A DNA stretch of 64,000 nucleotides from Carcharhinus amblyrhynchos (lineage: Eukaryota), in assembly GCA_965287045.1 (NCBI GenBank), contig OZ336881.1, positions 46,314,001-46,378,000 of the forward strand, read 5' to 3'. The translations under genes and the position numbers were made by a program. Below, piece by piece: positions 13,134 to 26,099 of the stretch. The stretch's first letter is position 1, and every line of letters begins with the position of its first letter. Below the pieces are notes generated by a model. It saw only the letters and a list, made by a program, of their open reading frames with translations. It was not told where the DNA came from and did no database searches.

Positions 13134-14079
13134 GGCTCGGGCTAGAAGATACCCATGAGGTTCATATGTTACAACATCTATTTATGTGCCAAACATGCAC
13201 GGAAAACTCCAGTTTGCTTCAACTGTGGGGGGGGTCTACTGTCTTCATTTTGTTGTAAAAGGAAACATACAGGGAATTAAATATTTATTTATATCTCACC
13301 TAATTACTGTCAACGCCCTGAACAAAAAAAATGTTGCTGGCAAACACTAATTAGGTGCAACATTGTTTAGTTACAAGTTGTTTTCTGCTTACTTTGTGAC
13401 AAGTTTTTTTTATATATTTTGACTTTCAAATCACACTAAGTCAGAAGATGATTTATACCCTGCTTCACTGCCTGACTGCCCATCGCTCTCTTGTCAGTGC
13501 ATTTTTAATCAGGTTTCAGTAAGGAATTTAGTTTTTTTTATATATATACAGGATGTGGATATAAGCTATGATAAGATGTGTTTGTTTTTAAAGCAAATGC
13601 TAACAAAACAGCACAATGCTATGTTTGAGATGGTCAGCAAGTTAATGATTTTCACAATGAAAGGTAAGACACTCTCTCATAGATCCAGGCTGTGAGAAAC
13701 TTTTCATCACATCTGGCTATTCAGGGCAGCACCTCAGAGCGTGGTGTTGGAAACCTTTTTGATCTTTGAGATCTGTCAGAGAGGATTTAAAAAAAATGAG
13801 AAAATAGACTCAAACTGTGACAAGTTTAACAAAACTCTAACAGCAGAGATCTGACTGGATTGGGTCAGCTGTATGTTTCATATCTTGTCCAATTTTCCTT
13901 TCTATTGGAATCAGTCAAGTAGCAAAGGGAGTAAAAAAGGACATAGATGGAATTGTACATTGGGTTACATGACTAACTAACATAGTCCAGTGTTTCATGT
14001 ACCAGGACAGCCAAATCCCTCTGTGTCACATCGTACTCCATTTTTCAAATATTTGCCCACTCACTTAAACTATCTTTAT

Positions 14080-14230
14080 CCCTTTGCAGACTCCTTGGGC
14101 CAATCTCACTGCCCATTCACACCGTATTCCCACTGAAGCGTCGGTGCAGAATTTGGTGACAAGACAAATCCCCATTCACTGCAATGGGATGGGAAAATCC
14201 CGCTGGCATGAATGGTTGGAAAATTCCTGC
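14080..14230. mobile_element. Harbinger-like MITE fragment
   Basis: CCCATTCACTGCAATGGGATGGGAAAATCCCGCTGGCATGAATGGTTGGAAAATTCCTGC right end. Confidence 0.55.
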
Positions 14231-14493
14231 TCTTATGTCCTCTTCACAACTTACCTTCCTACTTACCTTTATGTTTTAAAGGCTTCAACAAAACATACGT
14301 TCATCTATTTTCTTCACAAAGTACACTCCTTCATTTTAGGACCTCATAGCTTTTCAGGCTGATTAGCATTGCAAGCATTTTTTGTAGGTTGTCATGTTTT
14401 ATTGAAAGAAACATCTATCAGGTCAGCTTTCAGCTTTTCAACAGCTGTTGATGCTTAATGATCCAGCTCTACTATATAACATCTGCATTCTGC

Positions 14494-15075
14494 AGGCTGG
14501 GTTTTACAAGTGGGAGGTAGATCCATAAAACCCTGAATGCAGAGGTTATACAGTATTGGTGGGTTATGGAGCCTCAACGATTGTTGAAGACTTGATAGCT
14601 GACCTGATAGATGTGCTGTAAATGTCAGGAGCAAGGCCTGTTTGGTCACCTCACACCCCCAGCCATTTAATGTCTGCTGGGCCATTTATTTGCTTCAAGT
14701 GGGCCTTCCTTTGCCATTCTGGGGAAGAGTTTCCGCCCCTGAGATGTGCCAGCCAATCAAACAGCCTTCAGTTCTCTGGTCTCGGAAATGCCAGTAGGAA
14801 AGGTGGACACAGCAGGAAAAGGAGAGAAGGAGCAACTTGGATATTGCTTCCAATTGGCACAGGGGCTCAGGAAGGAGCTATTTCTCACTTTGAGTGGCCA
14901 CCAGCTCATCCAGTGACATCTGCCAGCAGCGGTGAAAGAAGATTCTTAAGTGGCCCTCAACTGCCCTCTTAACAGACTTAATTAGCCCATGAAATGCCTC
15001 CCTGCTGTTGCCAGAAGTGCTGCTGCGCGGAAATAAGTGGGAACGGCATCCAAGGTGTGGCACCTAATTTTACAA
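14494..15075. mobile_element. long non-autonomous Harbinger-like element
   Basis: Starts GGCTGGGTTTTAC. The internal CAGCCAATCA and TTAAGTGGCC...TTAATTAGCCC blocks are shared with 45985-46545 and 51308-52060. Confidence 0.55.
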
Positions 15076-16629
15076 CCTCCTTGATGGGTGAGAGCGCAGG
15101 GGTTGCCAATGCAGGAGAGTGGTGTGGGGTGTTGGGCATGGCAGGGGAGGCATAAAACCTTGCTCTCTGAGTGTGCGGTATGTTAACGGTAGGAGTACAA
15201 TTGAAATGTATTTCCCATTATAAGGTTCGGTCAACTTGGAATTGCACAAGCATGAGCAGCACCTGACATACAGCATTTCTTGTAGCTTCACTAGAGCCAC
15301 TATATTAGCCATTTTGCCTTTAATTTGTTATTAATAATGTGAATTTATTATTTGAATTATATCAGAGTTGACCAGGGATTTCCTGTAAGAATACGTTGGC
15401 TGTTGTTCAAAATGTACCCATTCAGAAAGGCAAATAATTTAAGATAATTAATTTATTTGATTCTCAAACACTTGTTTGATTGGAGGAAATGGTGATTTCT
15501 CATCAAACTAAGAGCAGCGAAGGAAAATGGAAACTAAGGTAAGTGTGCTGCTGCAAATATCCCAGTTATAAACTGTTGCCTGCAATGATCTGCAGAAATC
15601 AATTTGACTGGAGAATAAAATGGTCAATCTTAAATTTGGAGAAAATTATTTTGACAAGCCACATATGATGTAGGACTCTGGTTATGCAGTCGAAAAATAT
15701 TTCAAAGATACCCAAGTCAGTTTATCCTTCTGAAAGCAATAAGCTTATCTCGGAGGGAGGACATATTATCAACTAGCCATGGGAGCCAATGTGATAAGAG
15801 AAAAATGCTGTCTCTAAATGTCGGAAAACCTATCCTTTCTTTTCAGTTCACAGTTTTTGCCTTAACAGGTTTTCAGATAATTCTTATTGTTGATGCAGCC
15901 ATGTCTATAACCATGGAAGTCATCATGTAGCACCCTCCCAAAATCACCTTTGACCTTCTCTCCATCACCCTTGACCCTCAGTCATTCACTCTTGCCCTGC
16001 CTTCAGTGACCTTCCACGCATCACACTTGACCAGCTATTGTTAACCCTTGAGATTCCCCCTGCACTGCGGCATTGCTCAGCAACAGCACCCCCCATCCCG
16101 CTCCATTAGCCTCAAATTGTCAGCCATCGTTCTTCCTTTCCCTCTATCAGCCTTGATTTTCCCTCTGTTAATCCCAAATCTCAGGACTTCAATAAATACG
16201 TTCCCTGGAAACCTTTAATCTCCCCACAATTATTTTTTATCAATTGGCTTACGACATTAACCATCCTGTATAGTCCAGCTTCCTCCCTCTTTCCCCCATG
16301 AGACCTCATCAGAATGCTGACTCTCTCCCTCCCTCCCTCAGACAGCCATGCCCTGTTCCCCTTTGCCTTCTCTCACCTGATCTCAGTCATCAATGCCTCC
16401 TTTCCAATAGTTACACAAAGCATCCCAAAGAAGAGAAAGCAACTCCTACTCAGTCCAAATCCAACAGGGAGACTCCATCAACTGTAGCCTACTCCATTTA
16501 AGCAGTTGTGAGTTTCAAGGCCCATATTTCTCATTTACTTATTACTTAATTGGAAAGGCACATTTAATTCTGGCAGGTTTGCCTTTTAATGAGTATCCAT
16601 GACATGCAAAAATATTAAAATAGATAAAA

Positions 16630-16775
16630 TCAGCAAACGCTGGATAAACTTAGCCAGAATTAACGTTTAGAGTCCATATGACTCTTCTTCAAAGCTCTGC
16701 CAGGCCTGCTGAGATTTTCCAGCATTTTTGGTTTTGATTTCAGATTTCCAGCATCTGCAATATTTTGCTTTTTTT
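16630..16775. mobile_element. Penelope-like terminal fragments (inverted pair) with hammerhead relic
   Basis: CTGCTGAGATTTTCCAGCATTTTTGG...TTCAGATTTCCAGCATCTGCA; reverse strand TTGAAGA-A-GAGTC-ATATG-GACTC-TAAACGTT. Confidence 0.65.
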
Positions 16776-17344
16776 TAATTAAGAGATTTGTGACACTTGC
16801 CTTCCAGAAGCTTGATCCATCATCAATCTGCCACCAACTAAATTCCATACTTTCATCCCGCCAACAGGAAGCTGACCCTTGGCCTCCCACATATTTAAAT
16901 GCCCCGAACCACTTCATTTCCCGCTCCTGGGAGCATTCCAGGATCCCAACCCTATTTCTAGATTGCCACTCGCCAACAGTTCAGGAGTTATGGGGAAAAT
17001 CTGCAGAATTTTTTAAAGGTAATTGCATGTCAACAACTTCAATGATCAGAGTCTTTGTGTAAAAAAAATCTGTGTCAAACTTTGTGTGATGGAACTTTGG
17101 TTTCTGCCTGCATTTCCCTATATAATAGATTCAAATCTTAGCCAAGCAATCAAGGAAAGAAACCAACTGGGAGTGATTTGTTTCCCTATAGAGAGGAAAT
17201 CAAAAGGTGAATCAGCCTCAGGTCACTCCAATAAGTCTATTAGAGTCTCATTATAGAAGAGCATAAAAGCCTGAGGGCAGAATCTTTTCAATCCTCTCAG
17301 CTGAGGAATGTTACATTCGGGTGAAAAACTTAAAGAGCAGGTGA

Positions 17345-17612
17345 AGAAGGAAAGAAAGCCTTGCATTTATATAACACTTTCATATCTCAACCTTTTCACT
17401 GCCAGTGAAGTATTTTTTGAAGTGTAGTCACTGCTGTAATGTGAGAAACTCAGTCTCCAGTATGCGAACAATAAGCTCCCACAAACAGCAATATGGCAAT
17501 GATCAAATTATCTTTTTCTGGTGATGTTGATTGAGTGATGAATATTGGTCAGGACACCAGGGATAACTCCCCTGTTTTTCTTTCAAATGGTGCCATTTGA
17601 TCTTATGCATCC
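17345..17612 (-). mobile_element. DeuSINE (SacSINE1/AmnSINE-like) fragment
   Basis: The reverse strand has the Deu-domain-like TGGATGCATAAGATCAAATGGCACCATTTGAAAG...GGGGAGTTATCCCTGGTGTCCTGACCAATATTCATCACTCAATCAACATCAC and the tail ATATAAATGCAAG. Confidence 0.85.
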
Positions 17613-17810
17613 AGTTTTTATTTAAAAATATATATTTTCAGTAAATTGTTGCCACATTAAAACCATATGTTCATTTTCCTCAGTGTTGTTAATTAGTTTA
17701 AACTGGGTCGATGGCTTGGAAGTCTGTTCAGGAGGACAGCGGTTGAGGAAGTCTGCATTTGATGCTTACATCCCTGAGTTAAAGAGGGAAAGTTTGGCAA
17801 AAGAGACCTG

Positions 17811-18901
17811 GGGCTGGATTTTCATCTTGGAGGTGGAAATCAGTAATTGTGAGACTTTGCAAATCCAGAAGTGGGATTGTTATGACTACTGACATTATTT
17901 CCATGATGGGCTGTATGGTAGCACAGTGGTTAGCACTGCTACCTCACAACTCCAGGGACCCAGGTTCGATTCCAGCCTTGGGTACCTATGTCTATGTAGA
18001 GTTTGCACGTTCTCCCTGTGTCTGCATGTGTTTCCTCCAGCTGCTCCAATTTTCTCCCACAGTTCAAAGATGTTGATTGGCGCTGCTAAATCGCCCCTTA
18101 GTTTCAGGGGGACTAGTAGGGTCACGGAAATAGGGCGTGGATGAGATTGTTGTCAGGGCAGGTTCAATGGACTGAATGTCCTTCTTCTGTACTGTAGGGA
18201 TTCTGTGAAAAGTCAGAGATGGCTCAAGATGGAAATGAGCCATTGTCGAGGTGAGCAGGTTAAAAAGCTCATGCCCATTTGCTGAAACATTGACCCTGTT
18301 ATGGAAATGAGTTTGAGACTCCCTATTCTTAGGCCCAGCATTCCCTCTCCTTCCTCAATCTTATACAACATAAACCCCAGCATACCCTCATACACCCCGC
18401 AGCTCACATGCCTCATCCCTCCCTCACCCTTTGTCTCCATCACTAGCATATGCTCCTCACCTCTATATGCTCAACAGCCCAATCAGCCAGTTTCCATTGT
18501 AAGCATAATTCACAAGCCCTACAATAACATTGGGGAAGCTTTGAGAAGCTCACAAATCTTTCAAATCAACAAATATTACTTAATGCCCACTTAGTCAACC
18601 TCAATGATTGATCCCTTTTCCTCCCATGTCCTAGATTCCCCAGTTTCACAGCATGGCTGGTGTGATTCACATTCCCCCGTTCCAAAATTGTCTCATTGAT
18701 GTTAAAATTTCAGATGATCTAAAATACCCACTCCATAACGATTCCAGCAATGTTGGAACATCAGAATGTGGGCTCCTAACATATTCCCTCTATCCACGCA
18801 CCAGGAATAGGGACAAGATTCCCAGCTTTTGTTCGCACCCAACACTTTGAAAGGCTGCTTGACACATTTTGCCCTGATGATAGATCTGGGAAATCCAGCC
18901 A
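17811..18901. mobile_element. non-autonomous Harbinger-like element with a nested HE1 SINE
   Basis: TIRs GGGCTGGATTT (17811) / AAATCCAGCC (18891-18900), flanked by CTG on both sides (candidate 3-bp TSD). Confidence 0.7.
17908..18208 (+). mobile_element. HE1-like V-SINE, tail A
   Basis: GGTAGCACAGTGGTTAGCACTGCTACCTCAC...GGTTCGATTCC head; tail CTTCTGTACTGTAGGGATTCTGTGA. Confidence 0.9.
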
Positions 18902-20399
18902 CTGTTTTTAATTGCTAGCTGGCAACCCATGTTGTCTTTGTTATGATAATCTCAATAATAAAATAATCTGATAACATTATATAAACTTGAACATGAAGAA
19001 TAACTATATGGACAAAGGAGTGTTGATGGAACATTACCCCAACATAGAATCAACACCTTCAAGTGAGCAGCATTAAAGAGTAGGAAACTAGAAGGACCAA
19101 AAGTAAAAGTAATTATATGCGTAATAACTCCAGGAGATGGCTGTGAAGGAACCATGCTTTTATTGCACAAATGAAAATCAACAATAACCACAAGCCTGTG
19201 GTGAACATAGCAGGTCCCAACTGGGACTGAAAGGTCATGCAGATCATGAGGGTTATCGCACCATATTTTCTTATGTCCATTAGAGGGGTGAATTAGAATT
19301 GTATGGTTCTTTTTAATGTCTGTTCTTGTTTCATAATACTAAGTAAAATGTGTGAAATATTCCCTGGAATGTGTCTATTAGACCAATAATTCAGGGGTTT
19401 TGAAAATGTTTATTTCAGGTTTGAATTTATGCCTGAATGTTAGTCCAAGGCTCAATAGGGAAGTATTAAATATTTCCATGTTGCAAAATAGGGAAACTTG
19501 CCCCAGTTGGATGTGTCATTTGTTGTGCATTAAGATGATCCTTATTTAAGCAGGCCCTTTGTGGAAGGGCCCATCAACCAAGTGCACATTCTTTTCACAT
19601 AAGTGAGAATGCAGTTTACAGACATTATTTTAACTGCAAAAACATTGTACTAAGATATATTTATGACCACTTTTTCAAAAAGAGACAAGATTGAGGAAAT
19701 CCTATCTGGATGTTCTACATTACAATGCAGAACAAGATTTTGAAAGCAACAAAAAAAGTCTTGTCCACAAAAAGTTAACAGTTGAAGAGGAATTAAATAT
19801 TAACCATGTCTCTTGTTACATGATTTTGGATTTCAGCAACTGACTTTACAATATGTATCACTTTAATATTTAAGTTGTAAAATGAGTCTTCAGCTTTCCT
19901 GAACTATAGGTGACCTTGGCCTTCAACAATAATAGGTTTTTTATGATGATTGCTGCTCTCTGCTTGCATCCTTGTCTAACTGATTATTTCTTTAAGTTGA
20001 ATTGTTCACATTTTACATGTATTGTGACTTCTAATTTCATTCTGTTGAAACTAACTCCAAACAAAATATCTTATTTTTGAAAGCTTGTTGATCTATGGTT
20101 ACTGTACGGACAGGAAACTGCTTCCTGGATCAAATCAGAAAAATTGTCCATTTAAGAATTTAAGTCTTTCCAATTCTATCTCTGGTTTATTCAAGTTTCA
20201 CACTTCTGTACAAATCCATTGAAATATTTTAAAAGTTAAAGTTTTCTCCAAGCCAATTTCCCCTTCTCCACAAGCTTTTAATATTGACTTATTCTGAACT
20301 GTAGTTTCATTGTCTGCTTTCCAGTATCTAACCATGACATAGTAATCATACCAGTTTCAACAGCTTTTATGACTGTGGGGTGGGTTGGATACGGGACTC

Positions 20400-20552
20400 A
20401 CACTCAATCATTTGGTTGAAGCTTGGCTGCCTCTAAAATAGCCTCTTCAGCTCTAAACTTTGTGCTTAGCACCACCTTCTGAAGGATAATTAACATGGCT
20501 AATAAATGCTGGCCTTCCAGTGATCCACACATCTCATGATTAAACATAAAAA
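20400..20552 (+). mobile_element. SINE/LINE 3' tail (AATAAATGCTGGCC family)
   Basis: CACCACCTTCTGAAGGATAATTAACATGGCTAATAAATGCTGGCCTTCCAGTGATCCACACATC is the same tail as at 22120 and 33290. Confidence 0.6.
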
Positions 20553-21639
20553 CAAAATGTGAAATTTGGGAGCTGTGAGTCACATCTTTGAAAGGGAAAA
20601 TTACTCGGAATATATTGATCATCTGCAATAGAGTATTCATCTGACACACTGTAAGAGTTGTACTTTCTATGCTCTTGTTAAATACAACATGAATCATATT
20701 TTGACTTCAAAAGGTTAATGGTTTTGGACTGGATGATGCAACTTTCCAATTCATCACCTGACTTACCTGATTGAGTTTATGCTGAATTCAGACATGTTTT
20801 CAATGGACAACCTTTTGCAACATGTTGACTGATACCCTATCCCTTGAAGAGCACTGGACTTACATCCTCTCCATACTTCTGTCTGTATCTGGAGAGAGAT
20901 TTCTCAATACTTGAATCTGACTTCACCCTGCACCCCAGTTAACTTAATCTACTTTGAATTCCTTTTAGGTCCATTTGCATGCAGATTCTTCTATCACTCT
21001 GGGCCAAGCCCATCACTAGCCCCTCACTTTTGGTCTCTTGGACTATTCTCCCCTATCTTTTCCCCTTCCTCTCCAGCCATTTTTATTTTCTTTTACTTTC
21101 ATAACCTTTTATCACATTGTTTGTATTTTATAACTTGGAGATATGCAGAGGTGATACACTCCAGGTGATACATCTGGAACAGTGTTATTCAATGCTGTAA
21201 AATGTCTCCTCATGCTTCCGCAACTTGTTTCAGTTTTGTTTTATTTCCTCAATAACTATGCTCAGATTTAGCCAATCACACACAGAGCAGATACCAGATG
21301 TGCATGCTCAAAAACTGAACAATTGAACAAGACAATTATTCCAGGCATAAATCCCTTTTCAATAAGCTTGCATTCACCCTCTGTGCCACTTGGCATTCTT
21401 CAAAGGGTTCATGAGGAGAATTGTCATTGCCTATTAATGATACAGACCACCAACTGCCTCTCCTCCCTCACAACCTTTCCAACGAGCATTCCCAACACAA
21501 GATAAGCTTAACCACCTCCTTACATCCTAGCAAACCCGCCCAGCTCTGCCAGTTTGGGGTCATCCATACTTTATATTTTTTTTCTATATTTTGCCTTTGT
21601 CTCAGGCCATCTGCTGTTTAAAATTTTCTCCATGTTTTT

Positions 21640-22086
21640 GTTTCCTCCAGATCTAACCATCCATCACTTCAGTCTTTTTGACCCACATTGGCACCCGGTG
21701 CCCCCAACTCCAAAATTTCATCTCAACGTCCATTCGAGGCATTGACCTGGTCTAACATTGCGACCTTTTCCAATCCTATAGTCCCTCAGAACTTTGTCCT
21801 TCCCACTCTGGCCTTGGGGATCGACCCCTTCTCACCACTCAATCTTTTTATTCATAGTTATAACTTCCGCCTTCCTGATCCTATGCTCTGGAATTTTCTT
21901 CCTGGAGTACACCACTTTTCTACCTTCATTTCCTCATTTCAGACCGTCCTTAAAAAGCTTTCTTTCCTGTGATAAAGCTTTCCTAATATCATTTCCATTT
22001 ATTCAGCATCCTTTCTTCTTCATGCCTATGTGAAGTATTTTGGAACTTTCTCTACTTTAAAGGCACTAAACAAATGCAAGTTATTG
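21640..22086 (+). mobile_element. decayed L2 LINE 3' end
   Basis: DPHWHPVP-like segment, CTCTGGAATTTTCTTCC, and the terminal TGTGAAGTATTTTGGAAC...AAAGGCACTAAACAAATGCAAGTTATTG typical of L2 tails. Confidence 0.6.
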
Positions 22087-22119
22087 ATAAAGAAATTCAG
22101 AGACAATCTCTTGTTAACT

Positions 22120-22560
22120 TATTTTATTCATTCATAGAATGTCAGTGTCACTGGCTAGACCAGCTTTTATTTTCCATCTCAAATTGCACATGAGAAGGCA
22201 GTAGTGAACCACCTTCATACACTGCTGCAGTTCATGTCATGCAGGTATGTTCACAATGCTATTAGGAAGGGAATTTCAGGATGTTGACCGAGTGACAATG
22301 AAAGAATGTCAATGTAGTTCCAAGCCAGGATGGTGTGTGACTTGGAGGGGATTGTTCTTCCAGGTGGTGGAAGTCACGGGTTTGGAAAGTGCTGTCAAAA
22401 GAATCTTGGCAAATTGCTGCAGTGCGTCTTCAAGATGGATACACACTGCTACCACTGTGTGCCAGTGGCGGATGGTATGTCAATCAAATTGACAACTATG
22501 TTCTGGACTTTAGAGCTGCACTCGTCCAGGCAAGCGAAGAGTATTTTGTCACACTCCTGG
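22120..22560 (-). mobile_element. CR1/L2-group LINE 3' end
   Basis: The reverse strand ends AATAAAAGCTGGTCTAGCCAGTGACACTGACATTCTATGAATGAATAAAA; similar copy at 33290-33570. Confidence 0.7.
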
Positions 22561-22579
22561 GCTCCAAAGTGGATAGCTA

Positions 22580-23867
22580 GACTTACTGTCCATTAGGACG
22601 GATGATAAGACTAGTTTCTACAGACCAGTGAGTCTCATGTCAGTGGTAGGGAAACTATTAGAGAAACTCCTGGAAGGAAGAGGCAAAGCTCGATCACTTG
22701 AAGAGGCAAAGCTTGATCAGGGACAGTCTTCATGGCTTCATCAGAGGGAAGTCACGCCTGCCAAATTTGATTCAGTTTTTTGAGGAGGTGACCAGGTGTG
22801 TAGATGAGCGTATGGTCGTCAATATAATTTATAGGGATTTCAGCAAAGCCTTTGACAAGGTCCCACATGGGAGACTTGTAAAGAAGGTAAAATCACATAG
22901 GATACAGGGTAATTTGATAAAGTGGAATCAAAATTGACTCAGTTGTAGGAGACAGAGTGCGATGACAAAAGGCTGCTTTAGTGCATGGAAGCCAGTGGCA
23001 TATCACTGTTGGACCCCCTATTATTCGTCATTTATATAAATGACACGGGTGACAATATGGGGATAGGATTAGTAAGTTGCAGATGACACAAGATTGGCCA
23101 GGTAGTTAACAGTGAGGCAGAGTGTCTTGGACTCCAAGAAGATATAGATGGAATAGTCAAATGGGCAGATAAGTGGCAGATGGAATTTAACCTTTGCCTT
23201 TTTCACCACCCTACTAACATGCCTACAGAGTCCACAGTGGAAAAGACAGATGGGCACTTGCCATTATCAATCAAGGCACAGATTACAAAAGCAGGGAAGT
23301 CATGATGGAGTTGTATAGAACTTTGGTGAGGTAACAGCTAGAGTACTGTGTGCAGTTCTGATCACCTATTATAGGAAGGATATGATTGCGCTGAAGGGAA
23401 TGCAGAGAAAATTCACCAGGATGCTGCCTGGGATGCAACGTTTAAGTTATGAAAGAGATTGGACAGGCTTGGGTTGTTTTCGTTGGAGAAGACTGAGGGA
23501 TAACCTGATTAAGGTGTACAAGATTATGAAGGACTGGACAGAGTATGTTCCCCTGAATTGAAGAATCAGTCACAAAGGGACGTAGGTTCAAGGTCAGGGC
23601 CAGGAGATTTAGGGGGAATGTGTGGAAAATCTATTTTAATCCCGAGGATGGTGATGGTCCAGATTGCGCTGCCTGGGAAAGTGGTAGATGCATGTTGCCT
23701 CACATCATTTAAAAAGTATTTGGATGAGCACTTGGCATTTCATAATATTCAGGGCTATGGGCCAAGTGTTGGCAGATGGGATTAGGTGGGAGTTCAGGTG
23801 TTTCTAATGAGGTGGGCGGACTCGATGGACTGAAGGGCATCTTGTGCACTGTATGATTCTATGATTC
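22580..23867 (+). mobile_element. CR1/HER1 LINE, 5'-truncated, decayed RT
   Basis: HGFIRGKSRLPNLIQFFEEVT...DFSKAFDKVPHGRL, an ADDTR motif and the 3' microsatellite ATGATTCTATGATTC. Confidence 0.95.
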
Positions 23868-24159
23868 AGAGGTCAAAACAACTCTTTTTCTCAAGAGCTT
23901 GTTTTGAGGTTTTTTTAATAGCTATATTTTTGAATTTTGGGGGCTAATGTTCTGATTTTCGACAGCTCTTTTTTCTTTCCATTCTGATTAATTCCATTAT
24001 TTCATGTATTTCTGTTGAATTTCTTTTCAGGGTTTCCTCCTTTAAAATAGATAAGGTCGCACAGATATCAAATGGAAAAACTTGAATCTATAGCAGGTCA
24101 TCCAATCACAAGACTAAGTTTAATCAGACCAAAATTGAATGCTATCCATGTGTCAGTAT

Positions 24160-24480
24160 TATGTCCTGTCCTATTGCCCATTCTGAATTAGCCTTGACAA
24201 GCTGGTAGTGAGCCATGTTCTTAAATACAATCGAGTGTCATGCTGGGCCATTTCAGAGGGCAGTTCAGTCGACCATATTGCTGTAGATTTGGAATCATGT
24301 ATAGGCCAGACAGGTAAGGATAATTTCTTCCCCTTAGGACATGAGTGCATCAGATGTTTTATTTTTGAAACAATTCATTGAATTAACTGTGTTTAAGATC
24401 CCTTGTGGAAAAGGAATTCCTGTCTCCTGATCATTAATTCTGGATCACCAGCTTAAGTATGTTGACCATTCTGCTACTAT
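24160..24480 (-). mobile_element. decayed tRNA-derived SINE sharing the AATAAATGCTGG-type LINE tail
   Basis: Reverse strand: tRNA-like head GTAGCAGAATGGTCAAC..., internal TCTGGCCTATACATGATTCCAAATC and GCCCTCTGAAATGGCCCAGC, and tail CAAGGCTAATTCAGAATGGGCAATA. Confidence 0.55.
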
Positions 24481-24840
24481 TCCTGTCTCTCAATGTGCTC
24501 AGTATCTTCCTGTAGGAGCTTTCTTTATTTTAGTCATTCACATACCAAGGTCTCCCATGAGCCTAAAGGTACATTTGACCTCTTCAGGGATACTATGAGA
24601 ACATCCCTCATGTGTTTCCACAGCCCTTCTGAGATCTGCAGCCATGACCAAAGTCTGAATAGACCAGTTGCTTCCAGAGTCTGGTGTCAGGCATATGAAC
24701 ACCATGTTCCAGTCAGTGGAAATGTTTTGCTTGCTGTAGAATGTTCAAGTCTCTGAAGCATACAGGAGCACTGCAGCTTAGAAACCATGACCATAATCTT
24801 GGGTTTGAGATTCTCGTTTCCAAATACTCTTTTCAGCCAC
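24480..24840 (-). mobile_element. RTE-clade LINE, 3' segment
   Basis: Minus-strand translation LKRVFGNENLKPKIMVMV and AVLLYASET*TFYSK matches the RTE post-RT region (RKRVF...LLYASETWT). Confidence 0.75.
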
Positions 24841-24844
24841 AGAT

Positions 24845-25585
24845 AGCTGTCTACGTAATCTGCAACAGAGATGATCATTGCAAGATGATCATTCCTCAAA
24901 TGCTCCCTCACAATGGCTGATGAACTCATTGCAGTTTTCATCCATTCAGAAGCACCACTGACACAGTCTTCATGCCCAATAAATTGAAGAAAACTGCAAG
25001 GAATAGCACCTGCCACTGTGCATGGCTTTTTGGATTATCCTCTTCAAATTGAGCTGCTTTCAGAAATTTGTCACCATCTTCTGTCTACTCCACAATGATA
25101 TGCAAGCTGTGATCCTCAACAGAACCACGACAAAACCTCTGTCATTGAAAACTGGACTCGGAACTATGGCATTGTTCCAATCCTGTTCTCCATTTCCCAC
25201 ACTGTGATACAGTACAATACCGTTCTACAGTACAGTTGGGAAACTGTTCAACCTATAGTGCCTTCGACCCAAAAACAAAACCACTCTAACCTCAGTCATA
25301 GAGCTTCAGTATGCAGATGACGCTTGTGTGTGCGTTCACTCAGAAACTGAACTCAGTACATTGTTGCCTCCTTTCCAAAGCATATGAGAAAATACCCATT
25401 AAATACCCGAAAAATTCTTCCAACCACTTTCGCTGCTCATTAAGATCAGTGGCTAGATCCTGGAAAACATGGATCATTTTTCTTATCGTAGTAACCTCTT
25501 CTTGCTGAAGTCAGACATAGAGGATGAAATTCATTATCACCTCCAATGTACCAGCTCAGCTTTCTGTCAACCGAGAAAAAGAGTT
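24845..25585 (+). mobile_element. RTE-clade LINE RT segment (inverted relative to its 3' part)
   Basis: Plus-strand fragments SATEMIIAR, CSFHPFRSTTDTVF, EENCKE*HLPLCMAF, WIILFKLSCFQKFVTIFCLLHNDMQA, ELQYADDACV and AFCQPRKRV. Confidence 0.85.
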
Positions 25586-26099
25586 ATGTCCCTATATTCA
25601 CTTATTTCAATGTCTTATCACATCAGGACATTGGAGCCATTTGCTGTTCAGTACTCTTCCCAAACATGGACTACATTCACACTGCAAATTAGTCGGCATG
25701 TGGTGATTCTGACAGCAGTTACAGGGTAAGATGTAGCATGCAGCTGAGCTGATACTGAGTCAAACTGTGGAGACACATTCCACAGGAGGGAGTTTTGTTT
25801 CCATTTCACTCTAGATTGTACAGTTTTAAATCCATTGATAAATGGAAACTGCTTTAACTATATTACACTTGTAAATGAAGGTATTCCCATGGCAGCAACT
25901 ATAGCTGACGCAAGTGATAAATTTAGGTGTAAAAACATTTAAAAAACAGTAATCCGTTAAGTAAATAAATCAACAAGTTAAGTGGTTTAAAGAATATGAA
26001 TTGCAAGTGTCCCAGAAGACTGGTTTGGAAATAATGGGGCTGATGACTTTGGGACATTCCCCTGATGGGGACTGTGATGTGAGTGCTCTACTCACACAT

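Noticed and set aside
19680-19843. Stop-free frame KETRLRKSYLDVLHYNAEQDFESNKK...
   Set aside because: No supporting splice sites or start codon, and no recognisable protein.
20820-21560. Possible Penelope RT N-terminal relic
   Set aside because: Similarity too weak to support by eye.
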